Shown piece after piece: positions 40,301-51,306 of a stretch of DNA of 64,000 nt. Origin of the DNA: Lytechinus pictus (lineage: Eukaryota); contig NC_087263.1 in assembly GCF_037042905.1 (NCBI RefSeq), forward strand, positions 15,316,001 to 15,380,000, in the 5' to 3' direction. Made by a program: the position numbers and the translations under genes. Position 1 is the first letter of the stretch. Each line of letters starts with the position of its first letter. The notes under the pieces were generated by a model. That model saw nothing but the letters and a program-made list of their open reading frames with translations, was not told the origin of the DNA and made no database searches.

Positions 40301-43300
40301 GCATTCGGCCATCCTTCTGATTAAAGTGGGTTTTTATTATAAATTATAGTTCGGTAGATGACTCATTGCATGTAAAGAAAGGCAAATGATTTATGATTCC
40401 GCCGTGCAAAATAGTGTGCATCACCATGATGCAATCAAGGTGGCTGATTATAGACAAAATTAATGTATAATTTCTTACCAAGTACAAACGTTGAATACAA
40501 TATACCAGAATTTGCCAATCCAACAATACATCGTAAGACTAGGAACATGATTATGTTTGGAGAGAATGCCAGCCCCACCCCGGACACGATTGTTGAAGCG
40601 AGGCAGAGGAAACCAACTGTGCGCCGGCCAAACCTGAAGAGAAGAACAAACAGAAGTTATCGGTATCATCATTTTATTTCATTAAGAATTTCCCTCTAAG
40701 AGATAACGACTCACGCGCCGTGATGATACTCCCTTATGTCACTCCTTTCTGACTTGAGCATCTTCCTTCCTTAAGACCAACCTGAACTGCTTTCCTTCTT
40801 CATCATATCTTCCAAAGTGGTCTTACGTTTTCCCTGTCTTCCTGTGCCACCCACTTTCAGATCTTATGCTCTTTTCACAGGTTCACCTTCACCTTCCCTC
40901 CTCAACACATTGCCCATCCATCTCAATTCACTTCCCATTACCACTTCCACGTCACATGGACCTATCCACGGAGGATTATAGATTGTTACTGGGGTGCTGT
41001 GACAATGCTCAGCACCCCCGGGAACAATAGAATAATCATCCGTGGTTAGGTCCATGTTGCACGACAGTTTCTTTCGCAAGCCCAACCGCGAGCATGACCT
41101 CACTTGTGTTCTTTCGGGTTCTTTCTATCGTATATTTTAACACCACATATTTTTTTTTTGTCCTGGCTCTTCCCCTTTCCCTCATTAAAAAATGTGAAAC
41201 ATAATTGATAGTTACGCTTAAGCCCATTTTATATTATTTTGATCCCCGATAAGTTTGCGACCGCCTGCGACTGTTTTTTCCCCATCCGGTGTTGTACGAT
41301 CGATCGCTTGGTGCCTTGCGAGTACTCGCAATTGTTTTGGGCGATCACATGAATGGTCGCTAATTTTGAACAAGTTCAAAATCCAAACCGATCAAATACA
41401 ATCGGTTCATTCTCATTAAAAAAAATCGTACGACTAGTCATGCGTTTGTCGTGTGAGTGTTGCTCGAAGTCGTACTGCTTCATGCGAGAGTTGGAACGAC
41501 CAAGCAGTCGCATTCAGTCGGCTGGAGGTCGTGTAACTCTTACACGTGCACTAGCGCTCTACAAAGACCAGTCTAGCGACTGGGTGCGATAATATACACG
41601 TAGACCACGAGACTGTCACGACCGATCGTAACACGACTTACAACGTTGTACTACCGTTGCGCGCGAACGTATGCGATCGTTTCTCGTGGTAGCGGAATTA
41701 AAGAGAGCCTGATAACGTCCTCAGGGCCCTCTACCATTTTCATCTTTGTACCTGATCCTTAATTCTTCAGCATTACGACTTCCTAACGATGTCAAACTTC
41801 ACAATATCAATAAATTGTTAAAGGAGGTTTTATACCTCACTTGACTCGCAAAAACACTCGAACCGTTGATTCTTTGACTGAGTGCAGAGCCATCAAGAGA
41901 TTCAGTCGAGTAAATGAAACTGTTAAAGAGTGGCAGGAGTATAGTTCTTACCGGTCAGAGAGAACTCCAGTGAAAATCGACCCGAAACCGGTGCCGACGA
42001 AGTACAGAGTCTGTGTCAGTGCCACGAAGTAGTACTGCCCACACACTGCGTCGTACTTTTGATAAAACAGAGAGACAAGGAGACATCTTACACAGACGAA
42101 TTGGAATTCAGATCGCTAATGGTCTCTCGTCAGTCCCATCTCCCCTCCCATCTCTCCTTCTTTCTAGAGTAGGCCTATATACACAGCAAAACCGTGTTGT
42201 GGTGTACATAGACGACCATAACTGCCTTTTAGTTTTACCCCTTTGTAAGATTTTTAGCGTCAGTTCAACACCTTCGGTGTTATTGCAAGTCATTTACTTG
42301 ATTCTTGTACAGTCTTTCGTATGATATTCCATGTCTAGGATGTAACTTTGACACATCGGCGTGTCGTCCTGTAGGAACACTAACTGGTGCCAATTTTAAC
42401 ACATTTTTTTAAATTGTCTATGACCGCCGCTAAACTCTACTATTTTCTACTTACATCTTTAATCAGAGTTGTTCCTCCTGATTCTACTTCACCGTACTCC
42501 CAGCCTGCATCGCAAGGCATCACGGGATATCCACCAAGATCAAGATCTGGACTGAACTCGACGCCATGGGTGTTGTAACGGGTGCAAGATGAGTAAACCT
42601 TCTCCGTTTGATCGTTGTCTGAATAGTTCCAAGGAATGCCGACAGCTCTTTTCCCAAGATCACATTGCCGTGAAGTATTGAACCCGAAATGTCCACAGTC
42701 TACAGAGTCCCATTCTGAAATCTACAGATCAATTGGAATATTCATGGATTCATATGGTTGAATCTGTAAAATGATTGTGTATAAAATATCAAACCCATCT
42801 TTTGGAAGAAGTTCAAACGAAATCCAGGGACTATGAAACACATTTCTGGTTCATGAAATTATGACAAAATAAACAGACAAACTGAAGTTAAATACACGAT
42901 CTGAAGAGGTTTTTTTGGGGAGGTTGGCATCCTCGCAGTTTCTTCGCTCGAGCGAGATATACTTTGGAAAATGTTTTGTCCGCCAACGTTCAAACTATGG
43001 CATGTATGGGCAGTTTTGGATCACATTCCAGAGCTTTGGGTTGCACGGGCCTAATCACAACTGGCAGGCCATAGATATTCATTCAAGCCAACCCATTGCT
43101 CAATTTTTAAATTTGATATTGCTGATTGACAAAAATGAATGAATATGGCTGACAATCTAACACTGATTCTAGGGAGGGTACCTACTGAACTTACTTTTTC
43201 CAAATTGGAAAGATATATCACCACTATGGAACTATATTTTTACTGGCGGAAGAATTAGGGTCATTCTACTCTCTCAAGTGATGAATTTGGTCCCGTCAGG

Positions 43301-44282
43301 TGTAGTCTGCATAAATGCTGATTTATTTTTAAAATGAGCCGGTCGAGGTACCCTTTTCTGGTCAGATATGGAATGTCAGACATATATCCTATCCACTGGT
43401 AGTAAACATTCAACCCTCGAATTTCCTTATTTTTTATGAATTCTTTTTAAGTGCCACTTTAACACACGAGTCTATGGGAAATGAATTAGGCCTGGAACGG
43501 GGAAAACACGTTTATTCATGTACGCATTGGTTAGTTAGACAAGTCTTTGTGATATCGGTGAGGTGAGAGGTGCCGTGGATGAGTGGTTTAATGCGCCCGG
43601 CTTCACCATGAAATCCTAGTCTGCTAGGCAAACCCTTCACTCGAGTTAAGGGTCTAAATGTGCAGCCTACCCATGACTTGTGTACTGAAGGCCCTCTCGC
43701 TCAGTATTGGAACAGCAAGTTTTGTATGTGCAAGTCTTTGCGTGGAGGCACACTTGTTGATCAAAGTTCCAATCAGGGTCTGTGCCTGCAGACTAATGAA
43801 ATCCCGGGTTCGATTCCCGGCACTATCTTTGAGCAAGCCATTTCATCATGCATCAAATAAAAGAAAATGCTATATGCGTTATTGATATCGACATGTGCAC
43901 GTGTATTTGTATTAAATCGTCACTGTATCTAGATATAGAGACGATCGCAATACTGGCATTGGTATTGATGGTACTAATATCCATGATTCTCGTTTCGCGC
44001 ATGACTTTTTACAAGACCCTTTCAAGAAATTCAAAGACCCTCACTAATTCATGCAGGAAACCATCGACGCCTATCTTTCATAGCCTTGATTCTTGTGTGA
44101 GCTATACTTACCTTGCACCAGTGGTCTACATCCTCGGACAGGAATCCCATAATGAGAGACTGCGCCGGTGTTACTAATATGATAAGACACAAAAGACTGT
44201 AGATCCATTTTTGGTAACGCCCAAATTCACCGTACTCGATGAGAATATCGTCAAAGGGTATTTCCTCGTTTGCTTGAATCAT
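34310..44282 (-). CDS. SLC22-family organic cation/anion transporter (MFS), 10 coding exons: 44282-44112, 42721-42455, 42055-41952, 40633-40479, 39273-39105, 38635-38497, 36321-36233, 35746-35538, 35147-35039, 34523-34310 (~541 aa)
   Basis: Motifs FDDILIEYGEFGRYQ, Cys-rich first loop (HWC, SSCTRY, PCDAGWEY, YDAVC), SDRFGRR, EIVGPSKR, PESPRWL, EIFPTVVRNTGLG, LLPETKG. All junctions are GT-AG with compatible phases; exon lengths sum to 1626 nt with no internal stop. The 3' end could alternatively splice at GT near 34313-34316. Confidence 0.92.
36666..36872. mobile_element. Small TIR element with TAGGGT-rich interior
   Basis: GACATTTGCTCCTGCGACAATTGCTCC ... GGAGCAATTGTCGCCGGAGCAAATGTC inverted ends; interior GGTTTAGGGTAGGGTTTAG. 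Confidence 0.7.
37680..38375. mobile_element. Foldback element in SLC22 intron (inner palindrome ~37755-38060)
   Basis: GCATTTACTACGGGGAAACTCT..TGGAGAGCTGAGAGGCTTTTGTCG is mirrored by CGACAAAAGCCTCTCAGCTCTCCA..AGAGTTTCCCCGTAGTAAATGC; outer inverted motif CTCGGATTCAAGA / TCTTGAATCCGAG. Confidence 0.7.
39511..39887 (-). mobile_element. Kolobok-like element, inverted copy of 28501-28878
   Basis: TTAA|AGTGATTGGTTAAC ... TTAAACAATACCT|TTAC; near-identical to the 28.5-kb copy. Confidence 0.8.
40690..40935 (-). mobile_element. Decayed 3' fragment of an RTE-like LINE
   Basis: Minus strand LRWMGNVLRRE...VKRA*DLKVGGTGRQGKRKTT resembles the RW.GHV.R / G.R..GRP..T RTE C-terminal motifs, with stops. Confidence 0.55.
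43048..43492 (+). mobile_element. MITE-like repeat with short TIR GGCCTAAT..ATTAGGCC
   Basis: Short TIRs and homology to 4160-4600. Confidence 0.7.
43569..43880 (+). mobile_element. tRNA-derived SINE head interrupted by an AcademH-like MITE (43617-43795)
   Basis: A-box-like TGGATGAGTGG and B-box GGTTCGATTCC are separated by an insertion TAGTCTGC..GCAGACTA flanked by ATGAAATCC at 43608-43616 and 43796-43804. Confidence 0.8.
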
Positions 44283-44558
44283 CTTAGCTGTCAATGCTAT
44301 GTCGGGCAGTGTCAACGTTGATTTGGTTTTGAACACTGGAGAGAATCCCCGCAATAATCCCTACACAGCCTTGAGGCTTCATCGTCTTTATCATCAAAGT
44401 GTGAACGGTCATGTAAACGGGCAGTGTAATATAATTCATAAAATATTATATTAAGCCATAAAACTTGTTTGAGGAACAAGGTGGGTGTTTAATAAAGCAG
44501 TTTGATAGTTACTTTTTGTCTGGTGACAGCCACTGGGATATAGATCGGGGGAACAGGG

Positions 44559-45396
44559 CATAGGCGGCGGAAGCGGGGGGGGACGTGTCCCCCAAAGAAA
44601 TTTAGGTTTGATTTGATTTGATTTGATTTATTGTTTTCTTCTGCATCCATAACATTCGTATAATACATTTTTCATAACATAATAAACATAATATGCTAGC
44701 ATTTTTGGCATGAATCATAAATAAAGAGTATTACAAAGATAATTTCAGACAAAAATGATTAACTATATGATATTCACAATTTGCAGGAGAAGGATTGTCA
44801 TCATAAGCAGATTGCTTGAAAAAAATGACAATCCCAAACTTATACTAATTGAATTAATTAATACATTTATAAAGCAGAATGGGCATACATTTTCAAATAC
44901 GAAACATGAATTCATGCAATATTGTAGTATGAAGATGATAAAGGTGAGGGTGACGGTGATATGATGATGATGATGAAGGCCATGGAGATGATGGTGGTCA
45001 TGATGAAGATATTGGTAATGACTAAATCGAAGGAGGAATAAATTCACGATAAAAAGGATATGACACAGAAATTTTACTTCAAATATTCTGATAATAACAT
45101 AGATTTAACGTTTGCCTTAAATGAGTGAAGAGACGAAGATTGTTTTACAGGCTCTGGTAGAGAGTTCCACAAATCTGGACCATGGTGTCTTATGGATCTC
45201 TGCGCAATAAGCAATTTAGGGTTGATTAAATGGAAATTTGAAGAGTTACGGGTAGGGTAAGAATGAATAGATGTATTCAGAGTATAAAAATTGTGGAATG
45301 AAGGTGGGAGCATGTTATGTACGTACTTAAACATAAGTAGTAAACTTTGAAGAGAAGGTTGGGGGACGATCCCCCCTTAATTTTTTGTTGATAACC

Positions 45397-45427
<31 letters not shown>

Positions 45428-45527
45428 TGTCAATTTTTGTTTCCTGCGTCCCCCCTAAAATTTTTGGTTGATAACTTTAAAAACATTTTGTGGTCCCCCC
45501 TAATTTTTTTGGTTTCCGCCGCCAATG
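44559..45527. mobile_element. hAT-like MITE with perfect 8-bp TSD, containing a nested LINE 3' end
   Basis: GAACAGGG|CATAGGCGGCGGAA ... TTCCGCCGCCAATG|GAACAGGG. Confidence 0.85.
44605..45350 (-). mobile_element. 5'-truncated CR1/L2-group LINE (ORF2 C-terminus, 3'UTR, (ATCAA)n tail)
   Basis: ORF 45334-45074 HSYPTRNS..SIRHHGPDLWNSLP..SFKANVK is a typical CR1/L2-group C-terminus; AATAAA followed by ATCAA repeats at ~44606-44632. Confidence 0.8.
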
Positions 45528-46039
45528 GAACAGGGCATCGGGGCCCCAGAAAGAGGGAAAGAAAAAAAAAACAATTCCACTACCAAGGAAAACAAACAAC
45601 AAAAGGAAAGGAAAATGTCGAAATGTGATGTTTTTCTTAATATACTATCAACATGGTCATTATCGACTACATTGTCTTTTCGTTTAAGAGGGCCAAAATG
45701 GCTATTCGTGACATTTTATGAATTTTTGCCCTTTACACCGTGTCTCAGTGGCGGCCTCAAAATATTTGGCTCAGTACGCTACTAGCAAGTATAGAAAGTA
45801 GTTCAAACATCACTTTATGGACACCATAAATGCTTAAATAATGATATATAAAATATTTCATACGTGAACTTTATCATATCAACATAATTTCATTTGATAT
45901 GAAATATGAACGAGATTTTAATCATTTGCTTAGATGCTCTTAAGTTTCTTCTATGAAATGCAAATAAGAAAAAAACGTTGTTTACACTTTTAGGACATTG
46001 ACCCAGCGTATAAAAAATAGCTTGCGACGATTTGAATGA

Positions 46040-46225
46040 AGATCTAGATCACTGTGACTTGTCTGAAATATGTTGTTTAAAAAAAATAAAAGTACATGAT
46101 CTATACCTCTTAAACCTTGGAACTTTTATGTTCCAGCTATCAAAAAACGAATTACCCTCCGCCGTTACTTCACTCTTCTTCGTTAAAATTGATATTTACC
46201 CTAAACCTCTCATTTTCATATGTTA
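46040..46225 (+). mobile_element. Decayed LINE ORF2 fragment (CR1/L2 group)
   Basis: LKKIKVHDLYLLNLGTFMFQLSKNELPSAVTSLF resembles the L.IL...D.Y.......FMF......LP..F segment. Confidence 0.5.
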
Positions 46226-46316
46226 ACTATGACATGTAATTTTCGATTATTTCATTATCAAATATATTTGAAACTACGACTTATTTATTTACCGATCACT
46301 TTCGTATCATTGTAAC

Positions 46317-46532
46317 CAGTGGCGTACCTGGGGTTTTTCACAGGGGGGGGGGGGGGCAAAACCGTCCGCCAAAAAATTTGACAAGCAAAAAAAAAAAAAA
46401 AAAAAAGGGTCTTCAAGCTCGTCAGGGGGGGCAATAAAGGTCTTCAAGCTCGTCAGGGGGGCAGGGATACGTCCTTTGCATGGGTTGTGGCTTGTCAGTG
46501 GGGGCAGACTGCCCCCCGTAGGTACGCTAGTG
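46317..46532. mobile_element. hAT-like MITE with perfect 8-bp TSD
   Basis: ATTGTAAC|CAGTGGCGTACC ... GGTACGCTAGTG|ATTGTAAC. Confidence 0.88.
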
Positions 46533-49500
46533 ATTGTAACTGATTTATTATGACGTTTATTCTGCTTTGTATACTATGTATATGTTTATTTTTATGGTTT
46601 TTTTTTTAATCTGAAAATGAAATAAAATAAATTGAATTAAAAAGTTGAATTAAAGTATCCGAGCAGAAAATCACATCTCGGGAAATATTCACCCTCACTT
46701 TGAATGATACTTCTATCAACGGTCAATTTGAAAAATTTATGCAATGCGTTTCATGGTCGAACGCAAATGTTTGTAATTTCATACTATTTTCTACTGCAAG
46801 TATGCACAACACAGACACACACGAGGGAATTATCTAATGTCAAAGAATTTAAATTATTGATTAATGATAGGGCATGAAAAATGTCCGAAAAGGATTAAAA
46901 CATCATTTGAAAACTTGATGAAATTACAAGGTAAATACATGAATACAAAGAGGGAAGAAACAAGGATATCGACAGTAAAAGTCCAGGTTGCCTGGGAAGG
47001 GAAAATGGTAAAACAAATTACTGTAGCCCGCAGGATTTCCACCCCGACCTGGACTTGTACGGTGACATCCAAGAATAAAACGTGGGCCTATACATAAAAT
47101 TTGCATTAAACAATAATAATTCGGCTATAAATATACGATGAGCTGCGTCGCGCTTCCTCCCGAACCCCATTGCCGTGGATCCGCCACTGTTCTCCTTGCG
47201 TCGTCGGCAGGGATGTTGGAGTCTGTCCCCAAGGGGGTAGAGGTTAAACCCCTATAGATCCGCCACTGAAAAAGACCCCTAAAATTAACTTGCTTGCAGA
47301 TTATTACGTACAATTTGAAATGTTGAATTTGAAGAGTTTGGTTGCAAAAGGGGTTAGGTCCACTTTGGACCTTTCGGAGAAAAAACAAATTTTTTTTATT
47401 CTCATTTATTGAAACATTCATTTGAGCAACTAAATTTTCATGATGTACTTCCCTATAATGTGAACATAAAAATTGGATATAAAAGAAATCTACCTGTCTT
47501 CAAGTTTTTCTACATATTTTTTTAAAATTATCATTGTGGACTTAACCCCTTTTGCAACCAAACTGAAATGAACCTAGCCCCTTTTGAAAAAAAAAAATCT
47601 TTGCCATTTTAGTTCACTTTTTAAAGGGAATTTCAACTTTTCTTTGGTATCATCTCACTAAAAATCTATACATTTAGACCAACAAAAAAAAATCAAACAA
47701 AAAATTTGCAAGTGAGCTCTTCATTTATATCGATCGTTAATCAGTTATTAAGGGCAAGAAATCAACAGATTCACAACCCTCGTAAAAGTATATTGCTTAT
47801 GATCCAAAGTCTAGAGTTACAGTGCTTCATCCCCCTTTTCGTGTTTTAGATTTGTCGTATATTTTAATGAGGAGTCAGGTCAAATGACGGTGATTCGAAA
47901 TGGCCGGATGGAAGCAGTTATGTATAAACAAGACAGCAATTATGACTCTGCATGTGAATTGCTTAAAGTAAGAGCAAACGATATCACTTTATTGTTACAA
48001 TAAATAAATAAATAATGATATATATATTTGAAATATACTCACTCGAAAAATATCATTGTATCAACATTTTTATTCGAAATATGAGAGATATTTTATATAT
48101 TTGGTTAGATACTCCAAAGTCTCCGTTATCTTTGCCTTTAAAAAAGTTGTTGTTCACACATTAAATTCTAGCGAACATGGACCCCGTTTTCTTGAGCATC
48201 AAAGTAGCTTGAGCCGAAATGAAAGAAGATAGAAGTCTGAACTAAGTATCTGCGGTCGAATTCAAATGCCTTCTGTGAAATAATGCGTGTTAGATTAATG
48301 TGTAAAAATCAAAGCACTTGTTTCAACAAATCAATTGTCTTATACACGTCTGAGGATAATTAATGCGTAATTTGGCTAAATATCATGGCCAACCGTGCAA
48401 ATTTGAAATACAATTTCGACAGATTTGCCAAAAGAGACATCGCAAACAACGGACAACGCAAACAGTAGGGCCTCTATCTTAATTCTAATAATACAACCTC
48501 CACCCCTCACACTCTCTGTTTTTTCTGTAATTGATAATACACTAAGAAATTTTTATTTCGTTAACAAAGGGGCATTCATGTAAATTACTGTTTATTATGT
48601 ATTGCTTCTGTAATCTCAAGTGTTTGTTACAAACAAAATGAACGCCTTGAAACTTCCCATGTCTCCCATGTAAATATCAATCAATTCACTGAACGCCTTG
48701 TAGTGTATGCAATTAAATGGGCTTCAACACATATGCAATAATGATTACAGCGAAAACGAAACCATTAATGACGCAAGAATCATAAAAAACATAGATCTCG
48801 TTTACATGTTTAATAAAGTTTCAAAAATACTGCACATCTTCAGCATTGCACAGTAGTGTAATGCTCGTGTTATCGATTAAAAACGGCGTATTTGGCTTAT
48901 GTTAACATTTATAACCTGGATCATAGAATACCTTTACTCATATCAGTTAAAGAAAAATGGGGAAATTGTGGGTCTTTTAAATAATTTGCTACGACAGCTA
49001 GTGTGTAAATTGCAATTTAATCCTAACGCTATGCAATGTAATATCTAATTCCAAGCCCCTGAAATGTGGAGTACCACAATGTTCTATAACTGGTCCTCTT
49101 TTATTCACTTTTCATTCATTTGTAATAATATTTGCGCATTGCGTCATCGAAGGTGAAATATGTATCACTTTGAGGTGATACGAATATGTTATGTCAAAAA
49201 TATTAACAGCGTGGGTCACATTTTCACATTGTACAATATGTGAACACCCCTGTCGAGGTTTCCGCAGTGTCACACTGATAAATCTGAACATGTGAACACA
49301 CCGTGAACATTTTAATGTTGTCCTCATTGTGAAATCATCGACACACTGATAAATCATTTGCACATTGTGAGACACACGCAGTCCGTTTCAGCAGGGTTAT
49401 CAAAACTTTATTTGATCATGGTCCTGTAACTTGAAAAAGTTCTTGTTTTCATGCTGAGAAGAATGAAATCAATTCTAAAGCCATGGTTATAATGTCAGAT

Positions 49501-49548
49501 GACTTGCCAGATTTACCTTTCTTTCAAAAAGTCTACATATATTATGCT

Positions 49549-51306
49549 TCACACATGCACATCAGTTATTTTGTTTTTCCTACACTTAAATACGACAGAT
49601 CTAAATTCCTTAAGTCGCCACCAATATACCAAAGAGTTCGACATCATTCCTACGTCGAAGATGATGTTCGCAATAAGAAAATAATCAATCGATGGCAACA
49701 ACCCTGCCAGGGCATACAGCAGTCTATATAATATTCTGAAAAATAAATTCGAAACGTAAATCAGAGCAATAGTGACAAATACTCTTCTATTCTCGAGTTT
49801 CCTCTGTTCCGAGAAGACCATACCAGCTGGACCACTTGAGATTGTGGAATAGACGAAAGCATAGAAGAGACCGGTGAACAGAAGGAGGGCCATCTCGGTG
49901 GAGGCTAAGGCAGCGTAGAAAGCCGCGAAATTTTGAAGTCTTAAGAAGAAAATCCCCGCAGGTATGAACAAGACCCAGCTGATGATGCAAGCGGCGATGA
50001 TGCGGGGTGTTGTGATGAGGCCGCGGGCGCCGAACGGGTCCAATCGGATGGTAGTGAACTGGTGTACGGCTGCTAGTAGAATGCTCAGTACAGATGCGAA
50101 GTCTGCAGTGTGTACTACGACCGAAGCGGCGGGACTGGTCACTGGCTGTACGGACAGAGATGGAAGAAAAGCCCAAATGGAAAATTATCATGATACCAAT
50201 AAATTGATCTAAACGTATTTATTATTTGCCTGTATAAACGGAAGCTCTAACTTGACATCTACTTGAGATGACGAGATTTCTTCGTGCCATTTTTGACTTA
50301 TTGGGCATGTCGATATGACGAGATAGTTATCTTGCCAAGTCAACTTATAAGAAAAACCATGTCGACATAAGAGATACGTTATCTTCCAAAGTCGACTTTT
50401 ATTAAAAAATTACCAGAAATGGCGGGATACATTATATCGCCTAGTCGACTGCTATACCTGATATGTGGACATGGTGAGATAAGTTATCTTTTTCAGTCGA
50501 CTTAGTACATGTCGACATGGCAAGATAAGTATCTTCCAAAGTAGACATATAAAATAGTAATACATGTGGTGATGGCGATTGCACATTATTTTGCCAAGAT
50601 AACTTATAAAGTCGAAATGGTGGGAAAGGTCGACTTGGCAAGTCAACGTTTCTCGACATGACTTGTCTACATACAACATTTTACAATCTACTAAAGTCAA
50701 CGTATCTCGGCAGGTCGACATACAACTTTTTACAAGTCTACTCGTCAATGCTTTGAAGCTTCCGTACCACGACGTGGTAAACACTAAACTATTTAACTGT
50801 TTATCACCCGCGGAAACCAGAAAACATGTGGTGGTTAACTTCCAATTCTTGTCTACATACCATAAACAATAAATAATGACAAGCTTTTATCAGTCTTTCG
50901 AACAAGCCCAATGACCTATTGAGATAGCAGTGCGTTCTGCCACTTTTTAGACTGATCTCAAGGCCAGGATATAGTGGTGACGAAATACCATGATTATGAT
51001 ACTACACATAAATATATTCATACATATTTCACTTACCGTTAGATAGATGCTTTGTGTGAACACTACAACAAAGTCGCAAAGAACGATGTTGAATGGTATA
51101 ATGTTTGTCGATTTTCGCAATTTCTTGTTCATCAATATACACAGCATTGTGGTAAAAGTCACTAAACAGGTGATGATATCTAACACTGTATCGACAGAAA
51201 CCATCGTTGTCATAGATGACGACGGTGATGATGATGAGGAAGATGATGACAATGACGACGCCTTCATAATAAATGATGAATTTGAGATGTTGCGAGTTCC
51301 AGCCAT
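49549..51306 (-). CDS. Rhodopsin-class 7TM GPCR, chemoreceptor-like; exons 51306-51037 and 50145-49549 (288 aa)
   Basis: Seven hydrophobic segments; KKLRKSTN..FNIVLCD (TM2), SVLSILLAAVHQF (TM3), NSLVYWWRLKEFR (TM7/helix 8); N-glycosylation sequons in the Ser-rich N-terminus; phase-0 intron ACG|GTAAGT ... CAG|CCA. Confidence 0.8.
50245..50740. repeat. Degenerate tandem/inverted array (GTCGACATGGCAAGATAAGTTATCTT units) in the GPCR intron
   Basis: Recurrent GTCGAC and AGATA..TTATCTT motifs at ~50-bp spacing; probably a MITE with subterminal repeats. Confidence 0.6.

Noticed and set aside
50245..50740. CRISPR-like repeat-spacer pattern (also the GCGAGCGCGAAGCGCG arrays)
   Set aside because: Eukaryotic context, degenerate repeats, spacers similar to each other, no cas genes; these are transposon subrepeats.
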